Below, piece by piece: positions 1 to 12,792 of a DNA stretch of 64,000 nt. Source of the stretch: Azolla caroliniana (taxonomy: Eukaryota; Plantae; Polypodiophyta); the NCBI GenBank assembly GCA_043228905.1, contig JBHGNT010000015.1, positions 3,038,001 through 3,102,000 on the forward strand, written 5' to 3'. Position numbers and translations under genes: made by a program. The notes below the pieces were generated by a model, which made no database searches, was not told the DNA's origin, and saw nothing but the letters and a program-made list of their open reading frames with translations. Positions within the stretch are counted from its first letter, which is position 1. Each line of letters opens with the position of its first letter.

Positions 1-1500
1 TCCAATTCGGTGTCATTCATTAAAACAGTATTTGCATTCACCCTTGGAGCATTTTCCTCCGTACTTTGTCTTTTTCTCTTCATGAGATCCACAAGAAGAT
101 CGTGGAACTCCTTCTTCGCTATTCTGAGTAATTCCCGAAGCGAAAATTCTACCTGGCTATCAAGGATTCTCTCCTCGAACACCTTTTTCAAGTCCGTTTG
201 TTGTTCGATGTCCGAGGCAAGCTTGAATGCCGGAATTTTCTTTTCTTTTCCCTTCCCTCCAGAGTTCCAGCTTTCTAGTGTCTTCGATGGTCCGGCCGCA
301 TCATCCGTGCACCGTCATTTCTCGTCTATATACACTTCATGCAATTGACATAAGGCGTACGCGCTACTCTTATCAACGGGGCACTCCCATCCCGTAGCTT
401 CATAGATGCCTTCCGCGGTGCTTCGGATCTCATTGGAGTCAGTTTTCTTGGGGTTTTCTAGCACATCCGGCCAAAAAGACGCCTTTGCTCCCGATGACTC
501 ACCCACACTTATTCCCGCAGTTGTCGAATAATTACCTTTCGCCGCTATTTCCTCCTCTAGGACATTCTTCATGCCGCTTTCCGAAAGTTCAGTCGGAGTG
601 GCTTCCAAGAGTCCATCGAATGAATCTGATTTCCCTTTTAGTAGATAAGATCTCGTCGTAACGCCTCCTTGTGCTCATCGCAATCCCTCCAATCATGTTC
701 AGTGTTATCATCCGACTTCTTCACCATCGCGATTTTTAGATTCTCCATCTCCTTCAGCAACTGCTCCACCGTGGTTGCGTCGAATACCTTCTCGGTCGTA
801 GTCTCTCAAGCCCGCGGTTGATGGTCTTCCAATCCGGATCTCAGTTTCAGAATCGGTTCCAAAACCCTCTTTTCTTCGTTAGCAAGCCATTGCCCCCTCT
901 TTGTGTATTGTGCAACGATATCTCGCACGTTATCCCATGTATCGGTGAGGCCACTCTCGGTGGTCGTGTCCTCCAAAAGCACTCCAAGTTCTTTCCAGTC
1001 CTAGATGTCCACGGCTCGTAGGAACATGATCACTTTGTCCGGTGCGAGGATAGCTTGATCTCTCGCAGACAACCTCCCGAACCAACTTTCGAATGCCGAA
1101 AACACATTGAGGACCTTCATCCCCTTGTCCGGTGTTTCCACCCAATCTTCGAATCCTCTCCTCATTGCCTTGGACGAGTCCTCGATGGCGAACGTGGTCT
1201 TTAGGGCCACTTCAAATGCTTCCCATGTCGGATTCTGTTGTCGTATCCCATGGATACTCCCTTGAAGACCGTCGGTCGCCACCCGGTTGAAAATGTCACT
1301 TGTAATCCTTTCGAAATTCCGCACTGTAGCATTTCCGCCTTGTAATCTCGCAAATACCGTGACACATCTTTCCCTTTGAATTGCCCATTCCGTTGCACAA
1401 GCCGCTCTACTGCCGCCACAATCTCCGACATTGTACGTTGTTCTTGTAGCATCCACTCAAACATCGTCATCATGTTGTTAGCCTCTGGTTGAATTTCCAT
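1..1500 (-). pseudogene. Degenerate gag ORF (frameshifts and stops)
   Basis: ORF pieces 1201-1587, 1001-1456 and 315-608 join into one gag-like reading downstream of the PBS. Confidence 0.7.
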
Positions 1501-1516
1501 CTCCTTGCCACCCGGT

Positions 1517-1534
1517 TTCACGTCGGGTTCACCA
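1517..1534 (-). promoter_or_regulatory. Primer-binding site complementary to the 3' end of tRNA-Trp
   Basis: Plus strand TTCACGTCGGGTTCACCA matches the 3'-terminal 18 nt (with CCA) of plant cytosolic tRNA-Trp as recalled; 4 nt from the LTR; identical at 42698-42715. Confidence 0.85.
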
Positions 1535-1538
1535 CTTG

Positions 1539-2260
1539 TGTCGTGCCTTTCGGTTCCAGATCGTTGCGTGAGTCGGGTGGGAACCACTAAGGTTTTGACT
1601 AGGAGAAAGAAGAATATGAGATAAGGCTAGTAATGAATAGGTAGAAAGAGAGGTAAGTTATGAATCTCGTGAATCCCACGAGTTTAGTGTATTTAATCAA
1701 TATTTAGATAGTAGGAGACAATTTAGATGACAAATTCGTGAATCCTACGAATATATTATATTGGTCAATCCTTACAAAATAATCAACCCCCATATACATC
1801 TTTCTCTCCTCCTTATATAAGGATGGGAGAGACTAACCATAACTTCCTGCTTTTCTAAAGTGTTCATGCACACTAAATGTGCATGAGTTGCTTTTTCCAC
1901 TATGTTTTTATTTCCTAGATATAGTGCTCATGCACGCTAGATGTGCACGAGTATTTTTTTGATTGGTTTATATTTTTCTTGTAAATAAAGTATTCACGCA
2001 CTTAAAAAATGCATGATTTACCTTTTAATAAAGGTAGGCATAAATAAAAGTCTTATATCTATTAAATCTATATTTATAATACTTATGATTAGTTAATACA
2101 ATGGTAAAGTTTTGGTTTATTTACATGAAGGTACAGGGTTCGAATCCTGCCCTATGCATGTAATAAATATTTTAATATTTTCTTTTATTTATATATATGT
2201 ACATAAATCGAATATATTATTTTTACATTTTTCACGTAGTGTGCAAACTACACTACGACA
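1539..2260 (-). repeat. 5' LTR of the Trp-primed family
   Basis: TG...CA ends with TGTCGT/ACGACA inverted termini; aligns with two other copies in the window. Confidence 0.9.
2094..2147 (+). promoter_or_regulatory. tRNA-like Pol III A-box/B-box cassette inside LTR
   Basis: TAATACAATGG, 32 nt spacer, GGTTCGAATCC; homologous cassettes at 35416-35469 and 43190-43243. Confidence 0.55.
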
Positions 2261-2297
2261 CCGTGACTCCTCATATTAAGCATTGTACAATATGAGT

Positions 2298-4074
2298 CTA
2301 CTTCAATGATACTATCCTTCTCTCCTTCTCTTCAAACCAAAGGTTAAATATATCCCTCCAACAAATGTTTGATGTCTCTAGAGCATTCAAGGATATAAAC
2401 ATCAAAGTATCTAAAGTTTCCAAAGATAAACCATTTCTAATATCATTTTTTATGATATTTTGACGTGAAAAGCCTCGTTCACATGCAACTGTACTAATAG
2501 GAATAGTCATAATAGTTGTCACAATTGCATAATACCCTGAAATAATTGCCACCAAGATTGTGCTTTGCAACAAATATCCCATGCATGATGCATTCCTCTT
2601 CCTTTAGAAGTTCTAACTAACAAGCATACCAACAAAATTTTCTCGTTCATTGAAGCATCTTTTCATGTCAACAATTTCCCTATCAATATTAAACTTCCCA
2701 ATAAGTTTGTGCAACCATTCGTTTGTCTTTTTCTCTCTTTCATTTTCCTCAATGGGATATGAAGATGGATTGAACAACTTTACAACATTGAAAAATGTAA
2801 CATCCGAGAAACAATTGTTTAAGGCATCAATAACATGTTGGACAAAGTCTTTTCCAATGCTAATGCATTCCTCCAAACTATCAATTTCCTCATTACCATG
2901 AAACATATTCAAGTTGAAATCGCTATCTTCATTCTCACTATCAAGACCACTCATTAGGCTTCTCGATCGTTTTGTTACCTCCTTTGGGTTTGGAATTGGT
3001 ATAAACTTCAATGGATGTGAATGAGTAACATTATTACCTCCAATATATGTGAGTATGCCATCTTTCACATTAGATAGAAATTTTGGAAGAAACATAGACC
3101 CGGTGCCAAATGATTCAAAAGATAAATATCGTATTTGAAGTTTCTCATGGATGATATCCAAGTGAACACCAATCATAGTTACATCCATTAATTCCCTTTG
3201 GAACTGCTCATTTAATTTATTTAATTCCACAAGAATATCTGCCAATAGGTGTAACATAAATTGCACTTGAAATATAGTAGCATACTTGTACCATTTTTTC
3301 TCATGTTTTTCCCATTGTTCTAAAATTACAGGCATAAGTGTAACTAGTCTCTCCATTACTTGGCCTCGAGATAACCATCTTATGGAGTGAATTTGAAGCA
3401 CCTTCAAATCACCCTTCCCATGTCGTTTCATTATTTCTTTTAGCTCCTTGTGTCTATTAGTTGACTTTTCCAACCAAGAGTATACTTTATTTGCAAATGG
3501 ATCAAGGAAGTTAAACACATGTGCATGAGACATTATAGATGCATATTTTATGGCAAGTGCTTCATGATGTGCAATGCAATGCACTCCCAAAATATTAGTC
3601 ATCATGGATTGAAACTTAGAAATTGCATTGTTGTTCTTCCCTATCATAGATGATGCCCCATCACTTGCAAAAGCCACTAGTTTTTTTAAATCGAAATTGC
3701 TCTCCAAAATGAATTCATTGATAGTATTATAGATATCTTCAGCTTTAACATTTTCCACCGGAAGAAGACACACAAATTTACAATGTGGCTCCCCTTTGCC
3801 ACCTTCACTTAAGTACAAGACATAGATAATGAGGTGTTTTACCAATGTACGATCAATGCTTTCATCAATCAAGATGGAGAAAAATGGACTTCCACGAATT
3901 TTATCATACAAGAGTTTTCTTGTGTGGTTCTTAATTGCCATTAAGAATTCTCTTGTAGATTTAGCATTAGCATAAGCACCATATTCATTTGAGGCCGAGG
4001 CATTTGGAGTACCAAGTTCTCTTTGTAACTTACATTATTTTACATATTTCTCTAATGGAATATCATTGTGTGAA
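2298..4074 (-). pseudogene. hAT-superfamily transposase relic (5' end cut off by an LTR; frameshift near 2600)
   Basis: FSILIDES-D, ASDGASSMIG, VHCIAH, IRWLSR motifs and C-terminal dimerization motif PISTVACERGFSRQNIIKNDIRNGL. Confidence 0.9.
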
Positions 4075-4536
4075 TGTTAATGTGCAGAAGCGTTAGACAG
4101 AACCGGCTCAGCCGGATAGCAACAGAGAATAAGATGAAGGTTTAATGGAGAAGCTTAATACACATAGAGTATACACGGGAGAGACAGAGAGAGCAGAACG
4201 TAAACGTTGATTCAAAATGTAAAGAATCGGATATTATTCTTGTGAAGCGGAAGAGATGTGAGTTATGTGTGTGTATGAGAGAGACAGAGTGTGTGAGTGA
4301 GTGAGTGAGTGAGAGAGACAAGGAGTAAGACACAGAGAATACGCAAGGTAAAGTATATTAACAAAGGAGAAAGACTCAACAACATACAAGGTGGGAGGAG
4401 GGTGCTTTATATAGTCACCCTCTCTCTTCATTAACTACAAGACTCATGGAGCATGGGGAATGTGAAAGCTCATAAGTTATGTGTTATTGGGTTCAACCCC
4501 CTACATTCCATTGTGTCTTCCATCGTGTCCATGACA
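4075..4536 (-). repeat. Putative 3' LTR of the Tcn1-type chromovirus
   Basis: TGTTAATG...CCATGACA ends; lies just downstream of the chromodomain on the minus strand; 16 nt of its end recur at 25735-25750. Confidence 0.65.
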
Positions 4537-4559
4537 TTATCACGAATGACCTCTGAAGC

Positions 4560-4726
4560 ATACTGTAAATGTGTAACCAATCCCATGTGGCGTCCGAAAT
4601 GGGGTAACCTTTCCATAAGACCAAATATTGGAGTTGTCGACGACGATAGCGGGAGTCAAGGATTGGTCAACCTCATATTCGTCCCCCATCGACAATTCCA
4701 TAGGTGGCGATGGAGGAGGTTGTCGT
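4560..4726 (-). pseudogene. Chromodomain of chromovirus integrase
   Basis: Manual minus-strand translation: RQPPPSPPMELSMGDEYEVDQ/LDSRYRRRQLQYLVLWKGYPISDATW. Confidence 0.85.
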
Positions 4727-5347
4727 TGTTGGGATTACGGTCCCTCCGGATGGGATGGTCGGATGTCCGGGAATCGGGAATGAAGACCCGGTTCCGGAGC
4801 CGGATGATGAAGACCCGGTTCTGGATCCGGATGATGAAGACCCCGGCTACGGAGCCGGATGACGAATGTACCCGGAGAGAGATCCGGATGCGGGGACATA
4901 TTTGTGAATATGTTTGCCAAGGGCCCTCGAGGCTATATTTGTAAATAGCCCGAAAGTCATATGTGTATAAATATGACTTAGGGCAAACAGTTTTATGTTG
5001 CTGCTGTAAGTTGTTGCTTCTTGTGTATTGCCACTCTTAGCTGAGAAAGAGAGTGAAGAGAGCAGCCGAGAGAGAGAGAGAGACGAAGAGGTCGTTGCCT
5101 CTGTGTATTACCGCCGCCTGTGGCGAAGACAGTGAGCTCAAGGTTGTTGCCTTGTAGCTTCACCATTGTACATCTCTGTTTATAGTGATAGTTGGAGTTT
5201 GAGGACTCCCGTGGTTTTTCCCATTTAGGGTTTTCCACGTAAAACATCCTGTGCACTCTTCTCTCTATTGTCTTCGTGCATTTTCTATTTCCTGTTTTCT
5301 GTGAGTTGATCCTATTCCTCGGTTGTGGCCGAGCACTGTGTTTAACA
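4727..5347 (+). repeat. 5' LTR of copia A
   Basis: TGTTGGG...TTTAACA; near-identical to 9463-10140 apart from a 57-bp repeat indel. Confidence 0.95.
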
Positions 5348-5378
5348 AAGTGGTATCAGAGCGACGGTAACACAGAAA

Positions 5379-8300
5379 ATGGAAGGCGGCGGTAGTGGGC
5401 CTCCGGGCATGATGGTGTTGAACTCACAGAACTACGCCGACTGGAAGATAAAGATGGAAGACCTTCTCATCGTCCGAGACCTGTATGAACCGATCGACAA
5501 TGCCGAGATACCCAAGGGGGTAATAGAGTCGGAGTGGAAGCTCCTGAACCGGAAAGCCGTAGTGACGATCCGGCAATATGTCGATGTAAGTGTCCTGCAA
5601 CATGTGGCGAACGATACGAACGCCTATGAGATGTGGCAGAAGCTGTCCGGACTGTATGAGAGGAAGAATGCTCTGACCCGGACCTCCCTGATGAGGAAGA
5701 TAGTGAATCTTAAGTACCGGGACGGCGAGAGCATGGTCGAACACGTCAGCACGTTCATGGGATTCGTGAATCAGCTTGCGGCGATCAAGTTCCCGTTGGA
5801 TGACGCAATGCAAGCCATCATGCTGATGTGTACCCTTCCGGAGAGCTGGGAGAACTTGGTAGTTACTCTCAGCACCTCCTGTAAGGAAGAGAACTTGTCT
5901 TTACTAACGGTAAAGACAAGTATTCTAAATGAAGAAGCGCGTCGGAGAGACAAAGAACCGGCCTCCGACTCGAAGGCGCTGCTTACCGAATCGGAACGGG
6001 GAAGACAACGGAACCGGAGTCCGCAAAGACGGGAGAAGTCGGGGACACGGTCGCAGTCGAGGGGAAGACCTACATGCTTCTACTGTGGGAAGCCGGGGCA
6101 CTTCCAGAAGAACTGTCGGCATTTCCGGAAAGACAACGGAACCGACGGTACCGATTCGAAGAAGTCACCGGAGCGAAACGGTGCATACCGGGGAGCCACG
6201 GACCGGAGAGGTCCGGATCGGCGAGGGCAGGACCGGAAAGGAACGACGGCACTCGCGGCAAGTGAAGAAGAGATAATGCTCATTACCGAAGAGAGGGAGC
6301 TGAACCTTGCCGGTGAAGAGATGACCTGGGTGGTCGATTCCGGAGCGTCGTTCCACCTGACCCCGGAGAAGAAATACTTCTCATCCTACACAGCCGGTGA
6401 GCACGGCTGTGTCCGGATGGGAAATGAAGGTACATGCCGGATTGCCGGCATAGGAGACGTGTGGCTGATGACATCAACCGGATGCAAGATGCTGCCGAAG
6501 GATGTCCGACACGTTCCGGAGGTTCGGTTGAACCTGATTTCGGCCGGGAGGCTAGACGATGAAGGCTACACGGGTAGCATCCGGAACGGTGTCATGAAGT
6601 TCAGCAAAGGGAGCCTGATAGTGGCTCGGGCCCGGAAGGTCAACACACTGTACCTGATGAATTCCCAGCTATGTCCGGAGGAGCTGAACGTGGCAGCTGA
6701 CACTGCCGGTGAGCTGTGGCACAAGAGACTGTGCCACATGAGCGAGAAGGGGATGAAGAGGCTTGCCGAAGACAGCCTGATACCGGTACAGCACGTACAC
6801 CTGGGGAAGTGTACCGACTGTCTGGCCGGTAAGCAAAACCGGACCTCCTTCCGCTCAAGACCACCGATGAGACGTAGTGTACCATTGGAGTTGGTGCACA
6901 CTGACGTGTGTCAAGTAGAAACGAAGTCACATGGCGGAGCCCAGTACTTCGTGACATTCATTGATGACCACAGCCGGAAGCTGTGGACGGCACCGTTGAA
7001 GACAAAGGACCAAGTGTTGTGCGTCTTCAAAGAACTCCACGCGAGAGTGGAAAGGGAATCCGGCAAGAAGCTGAAAGCGATACGAGCGGATAACGGAGGG
7101 GAATACCGGGGGCAGTTCGAGGAGTACTGTCGCTCGAAGGGAATCCGGCTCGAGTTTACTGTGCCGAAGACGCCGGAACTGAACGGGCTGGCCGAGAGGA
7201 TGAACTGGACCATAATGGAGAGGGTCCGGAGTATGCTGGCGCATGCGAAATTACCCAAGGGGTTTTGGGCTGAGGCAATGTCGACGGCGACATACGTGAT
7301 AAACAGATCACCCTCAGTACCTTTGGACGGAGACACGCCGCAGAGAGTGTGGACTGGTAGGGAAGTATCCTACCGGCATCTGAAGGTGTTCGGGTGTCTC
7401 GCATATGTGCATGTGGCAAAGGACCGGAGAGGAAAGCTAGATCCAAAGACCCGGCCATGCATATTCCTCGGTTACGGCGATGACGAGTTCGGCTACCGAG
7501 TATGGGACCCGGTCGACAAAAAGATATTCCGGAGTCGTGATATCCTCTTCATGGAGGACAAGACGCTCGCCGACTGGGAGTCGGAGAAGAAGATGAAGAG
7601 CTCCAAGTCGACCGGTGAGGATCAACTCTACGAGGAGTAGTCCCGACCGGCAAGGGACCGGTTAGCACTCGAAGATCCGGCCGAAGATGGTGAAGAAACA
7701 GAACCGGCCGAGGAAGATGAAACTGATACCGGAACCGGCCCCGATCCCGAAATGGTTTCGGATGAAGAGGAAACGGAGGAGCCGGTTACCGAAGCTCCGG
7801 AACGGAGATACCCTCTAAGAGAGAGAAGGGCCCCCCGGAGATTTCCGGAACCAGAGCACGTGCTGCTAACCGACGAGGGGGAGCCGGAGAGTTTTGAAGA
7901 AGCAAAGCTTGACACCCATAGCCGCAGGTGGTTAAGTGCCATGCAGGAGGAGATGAATTCCCTGCATGAGAACCACACATATGAACTTGTGGAGTTGCCG
8001 AAAGGAAAGCGGGCACTTCGAAACAAGTGGGTGTTCAAGCTGAAACCGGGAGATGCCGGAAACCCCCCGAGATACAAAGCCAGGATCGTGGTGAAGGGGT
8101 TCCAGCAGAAGAAGGGCGTCGACTTCGACGAGATATTTGCCCCGGTAGTGAAGATGACCTCCATCCGGACGATGTTGAGCATAGCGGCAAGCATGGACCT
8201 CGAGGTAGAACAGATGGACGTGAAGACGGCATTCCTTCACGGTGACCTCGAAGAAGAGATCTACATGCAGCAACCGGAAGGATTCGAGAAGAAAGGGAAG

Positions 8301-9452
8301 GAGCACCTGGTATGCCGGTTGAAGAAGAGCCTTTACGGACTGAAGCAGGCTCCCCGGCAATGGTACCGGAAGTTCGACTCTTTCATGACCGACGAAGGGT
8401 ACCACAAAACGCAGTCCGATCACTGCGTGTTTGTGAAGAAGTTCGAAGGAGGAGACTTTCTAATACTCCTCCTGTACGTGGACGACATGTTGATCGTCGG
8501 ACGGGACCAGGTCAAGATACGGATGCTGAAGAAAGCGCTTCACCGAACCTTCTCAATGAAGGACCTGGGTCCGGCGAGGCAAATACTAGGGATGCACATC
8601 ATCCGGGACCGGAAGAAGAAGCAGTTGTGGCTATCACAGGAGAAGTACGTGACAAAGGTGCTTCACCGGTTCAACATGTCGGAAGCAAGACCGGTCGGGT
8701 CAACCCTCCCGGCAAACTGCAAGTTGTCCAGCAAGCAAAGCCCCAAGACAAAGGCTGAGAAGGAGGACATGATGAAAGTACCATATGCCTCTGCCGTAGG
8801 AAGCTTGATGTACGCAATGGTGTGTACAAGACCGGACATAGGATATGCAGTCGGAGTGGTGAGCCGGTACATGAGCAATCCCGGCAAGGAGCACTGGAAC
8901 GCGGCCAAGTGGATACTCCGATACCTGAAGGGCACGGCAAACGTGTGCCTCCGATTCGGCTTCGGTAAGCCCGAACTCAACGGCTTTACCGATTCGGATA
9001 TGTCGGCTGATGCAGATACCAGCCGGTCCACATCAGGGTATGTGATGACGTATGCAGGGGGAGCTGTTTCGTGGCAGTCGAGGCTGCAGAAGACGGTTGC
9101 GTTGTCAACCACGGAGGCGGAGTACATGGCGGCTGTTGAAGCCGGCAAGGAAATAATATGGATGAAGGACTTCATTAGAGAGCTCGGTATCCGGCAGGAG
9201 GAGTACCGACTCTACTGCGACAGTCAGAGTGCCATCCACCTTGCGAAGAACGCGGCCTATCACTCCCGGACGAAGCACATCCAGCGAAGATATCACTGGA
9301 TCCGGGAAAGGATAGAAGACCAGGAGTTCGTGCTGACGAAGATCCACACGGACGAGAACGGGTCAGATATGCTGACCAAAGTGCTCACGCCTGACAAGCT
9401 GGAAGCGTGCCGGAAGAGGGTCGGACTGGAAAGACATCCCATGCCGAAGTGA
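5379..9452 (+). pseudogene. copia gag-PR-INT-RT-RH polyprotein with one premature stop
   Basis: Zinc knuckle CFYCGKPGHFQKNC, protease WVVDSGAS, integrase RADNGGEY, RT LYVDDML, RNase H; TAG at 7638-7640 where copia B has CAG. Confidence 0.95.
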
Positions 9453-9462
9453 AGGGGGAGTT

Positions 9463-10140
9463 TGTTGGGATTACGGTCCCTCCGGATGGGATGGTCGGAT
9501 GTCCGGGAATCGGGAATGAAGACCCGGTTCCGGAGCCGGATGATGAAGACCCGGTTCCGGATCCGGATGATGAAGACCCCGGCTACGGAGCCGGATGACG
9601 AATGAACCCGGCTACGGAGCCGGATGATGAAGACCCCGGCTACGGAGCCGGATGACGAATGTACCCGGAGAGAGATCCGGATGCGGGGACATATTTGTGA
9701 ATATGTTTGCCAAGGGCCCTCGAGGCTATATTTGTAAATAGCCCGAAAGTCATATGTGTATAAATATGACTTAGGGCAAACAGTTTTATGTTGCTGCTGT
9801 AAGTTGTTGCTTCTTGTGTATTGCCACTCTTAGCTGAGAAAGAGAGTGAAGAGAGCAGCCGAGAGAGAGAGAGAGACGAAGAGGTCGTTGCCTCTGTGTA
9901 TTACCGCCGCCTGTGGCGAAGACAGTGAGCTCAAGGTTGTTGCCTTGTAGCTTCACCATTGTACATCTCTGTTTATAGTGATAGTTGGAGTTTGAGGACT
10001 CCCGTGGTTTTTCCCATTTAGGGTTTTCCACGTAAAACATCCTGTGCACTCTTCTCTCTATTGTCTTCGTGCATTTTCTATTTCCTGTTTTCTGTGAGTT
10101 GATCCTATTCCTCGGTTGTGGCCGAGCACTGTGTTTAACA
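9463..10140 (+). repeat. 3' LTR of copia A
   Basis: Follows PPT; same termini as the 5' LTR. Confidence 0.95.
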
Positions 10141-10384
10141 GTCGTCTCGGAATTCGAGGAGGGAAACATGAAAAACATTGTGAATCTTGAATGTTGGAGG
10201 AAGTGCTAACCAGAAGGCGATTGGGTTGATACGCTTAATGATACGGAAGGGGCCTAGTCTTTTGTAGTCCAATTTTGTACAAGGACATGTGGTGCCGATG
10301 TGGCGACGTAACAGCCAAACCATGTCCCCGACTGCAAACGTCTGTGCAGCCAAGCAATGTCGGTCCGCTTGATCTTTATACTGG
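10141..10384 (-). pseudogene. Chromovirus integrase C-terminal GPY/F segment
   Basis: QYKDQADRH...[12 protein letters not shown]...[13 protein letters not shown]...[11 protein letters not shown]; continues the ORF broken at 21593 and leads into the chromodomain at 4726. Confidence 0.9.
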
Positions 10385-11039
10385 CCCGGGGCCTCCACTA
10401 TATATAAAGAGGTTATATCATGTGCGTTCGCGACACCTTTTATAAACCCCTTATACGTATGTTTTTTACTATTTTAGATACCCTTCTATAAAAATATGGT
10501 TAATAAAAATACCCCTTAGTGCCAATATATATTTTGACAACAACTCATTTTAAATGCCCTTACATAGAAGACACATGTATGTTTTGTACATATGTGTATG
10601 TATGTATTATATTGTATTGCATATGTTGTATATATTTTATGTATGTATGTGTTATGTGTGTGTTCATATGTATGTATTGCATTGCATGTATGTATTGTAT
10701 TACATATTTATTTATGTATATATTATATTGTATGTGTGGTATATCTTAGTTGTATAACATGTGTGTATGTATCTATGTGTTATGTGTGTGTGTGTAGGGG
10801 TTCGTGTCTATTTGCACCTAATTCATAGATATTCTTTTACTAATAAAGACTCAAGCGTTCATTATTTGGTTTGATAGTTATTCTATATTTAAACTTCATG
10901 AAATTTCATCAACAATCATCATGAATACCCCATCACTACAAGTTCCTTCAAATGCTCAATAACTTCTCACATCATAACATTATTTAACGAGGAAGAGATT
11001 AATATATGAATAATTCAATATGTGAAGCTTATTAAGCAT

Positions 11040-11145
11040 ATCTGTGCTACATGGGTCAAGCCACATTTACCATACATATCAATCACACTATTGGCAATAC
11101 AACACCTCTTTCTAATACACCTTTTCCTATAGTTTGCAACATGCA
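11040..11145 (-). pseudogene. Captured PLS-class PPR gene fragment
   Basis: Translation KGVLERGV/IANSVIDMYGKCGLTHVAQ resembles the PPR motif GN(S/T)L(I/V)DMY(A/G)KCG. Confidence 0.6.
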
Positions 11146-12104
11146 AAACCAACTTGCTATAAAAATGACATAGCTACAGTTCAAATAATGTTTCAAACAA
11201 ACAATAATTCATTAGACGAGAGGAAAGTAATATATTACAACACATGCAATGATTTATTTATCAATCTCCTTCCTTTACAACAAGTAGAAATGAGGACCTT
11301 GCATTCTCCTAATGATGTAGCACCAAGAAAGATGAATACAATGTTCGGTGATAATAAAAACCCACAGACACAGTTAGTGAAGATTAAACACCCACTCGAT
11401 GAATAAACACCCACTTGGCTTTAGAAATGTTCCTAATAAATGACAACCACCAAATCCAAAAAGTCATGAAAGGAATGAAGACCATCCATACTTATTATAG
11501 AACAAAAGGCAATCATAGGAAGAAATGCATGCTTCGACCTCCCTTGATAGTTAGCCTCAAAACAAACTCATGGTATGAGAGCCTTGATGGTGCATTCTTA
11601 GCATAACTGAACACCAAAATAAAAACTAGTTAGATGTGAAGCCTAGTCTCAAGTATTGAAAGCTCCATATCCTTAAATACAAAGATGTCATATAGAAAAG
11701 CAATTAAGCACAATGAGCCTTTGATGAAAATATCCAATTAACTCAACACCTCCATCACCACACATAGTACATGAATATTTGTTGTTGTGCTCTCTTATAA
11801 ATAACCCATTATTTTTCTTCCATTTGAAATAATGAAAAGAAAACAAATATTTGAAGAAAAAACTTCAAACAAATGGGACAAAACTCCCATATTAGTTAAA
11901 TAAGAGTTTTAAGAGAAAAAATTTGGAATAAGCAAAATATCATCTCCCTCTATACTTTCCTTTCCAACCATTTCATTCTTATTTTTGCATACTTCTCTAA
12001 TAGAAAGAAAGACATAGATCATAAGCAAAAACCCTAGTCATAATAGTAAATTTTGTCGGTTTTTTGTTTCACTTTTACAATAACTAATCAAAAGTTACGT
12101 CGAG

Positions 12105-12257
12105 CTAAGCTTTCTCCCACTTCAATGACTTAACGATTTCCCATGTGAAGTCGGGGTCATCACGACAAAAGTGACCATATGTAGGGGTCTTCTGGTAATG
12201 TTTGTTTCAACCTCTGCGAAGGTAGAGGTGGATAGCCATAATCTAAGGTCGAAAATC
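12105..12257 (-). pseudogene. SAMS: Captured S-adenosylmethionine synthetase C-terminus
   Basis: [48 protein letters not shown] versus recalled plant [53 protein letters not shown]. Confidence 0.9.
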
Positions 12258-12510
12258 ATTGGGATTAGGGTTTCCTGAAGTAAAACAATTTCTCATCATT
12301 TCATTTCAATTTCAAGAATAAAAAGGAAACACAATGAATACATTTTCCTAAACTATTATACATTCCTTGACCAATATGCACAATCATTGGGGATTAGGGT
12401 TTCCTGAAGTAAAACAATTTCTCATCATTTCATTTCAATTTCAAGAATAGAAAGGAAACACAATGAATACATTTTCCTAAACTATTATACATTCCTTGAC
12501 CAATATGCAC
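12254..12510. repeat. Tandem duplication of ~128 bp
   Basis: AATCATTGGGATTAGGGTTTCCTGAAG...CAATATGCAC at 12254-12381 and 12382-12510. Confidence 0.9.
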
Positions 12511-12651
12511 AAACAAACTTGGTTTCTACTAAGCTCCTAAGAAGAATAGTGTTCAATCTTTTCTCATGACTTTATTTGCATGAAAAAGGACAAAATGTGC
12601 CACAATGAGTGAAGAACAAGGCTCAACATCCACCAAGGTCACAAGAAGAAT

Positions 12652-12791
12652 ACATACCGGGACAATGCAATGACGAGCAAGTCTTGTTGCTGCAACAATA
12701 CTCTTCACAACGTGCCTCACAATGTAGCATTACTCGAATCAAACTTGGTATGGTCCTTCCTATAGAAAGCACCGCCATCATGAGCTCCCCA
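12652..12791 (-). pseudogene. SAMS: Captured S-adenosylmethionine synthetase internal fragment
   Basis: WGAHDGGAFYRKDHTKFDSSNA/YIVRHVVKSIVAATRLARHCIVPV versus recalled [45 protein letters not shown]. Confidence 0.9.
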
Positions 12792-12792
12792 T

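Larger units (their letters stand above)
1..2260 (-). mobile_element. 5' part of a Ty3/gypsy-type LTR retrotransposon primed by tRNA-Trp (5' LTR, PBS, degenerate gag); continues beyond window start
   Basis: LTR TGTCGTG...CTACGACA at 1539-2260 is homologous to 34864-35619 and 42720-43393; PBS adjacent; gag-like frames (QRNGQFKGKDVSRYLRDYKAEM) match those at 42357-42702. Confidence 0.85.
4727..10140 (+). mobile_element. Full-length Ty1/copia element A (Tork/Tnt1-like)
   Basis: LTRs 4727-5347 and 9463-10140; tRNA-iMet PBS TGGTATCAGAGC 5351-5362; PPT GAAGGGGGAG 9451-9460; 5-bp TSD GTCGT (4722-4726, 10141-10145). Confidence 0.97.

Noticed and set aside
1517-1534. tRNA-Trp gene fragment
   Set aside because: Includes CCA and abuts an LTR, so it is a primer-binding site
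2085-2160. Functional tRNA gene
   Set aside because: A/B boxes and T-arm only; no convincing acceptor or anticodon stems; reported as an LTR cassette instead
2298-4074. Local hAT transposase as mobiliser of the Pack element
   Set aside because: Its termini are not visible, it predates the nest and it is broken; a shared 8-bp TSD rule alone is not evidence
7638-7640. Programmed stop read-through between INT and RT in copia A
   Set aside because: Sister copy has CAG and there is no CARYYA context; a C-to-T mutation is simpler
5424-9347. Antisense and alternate-frame ORFs within copia A (and B)
   Set aside because: Expected by-product of GC-rich coding sequence; no recognisable motifs
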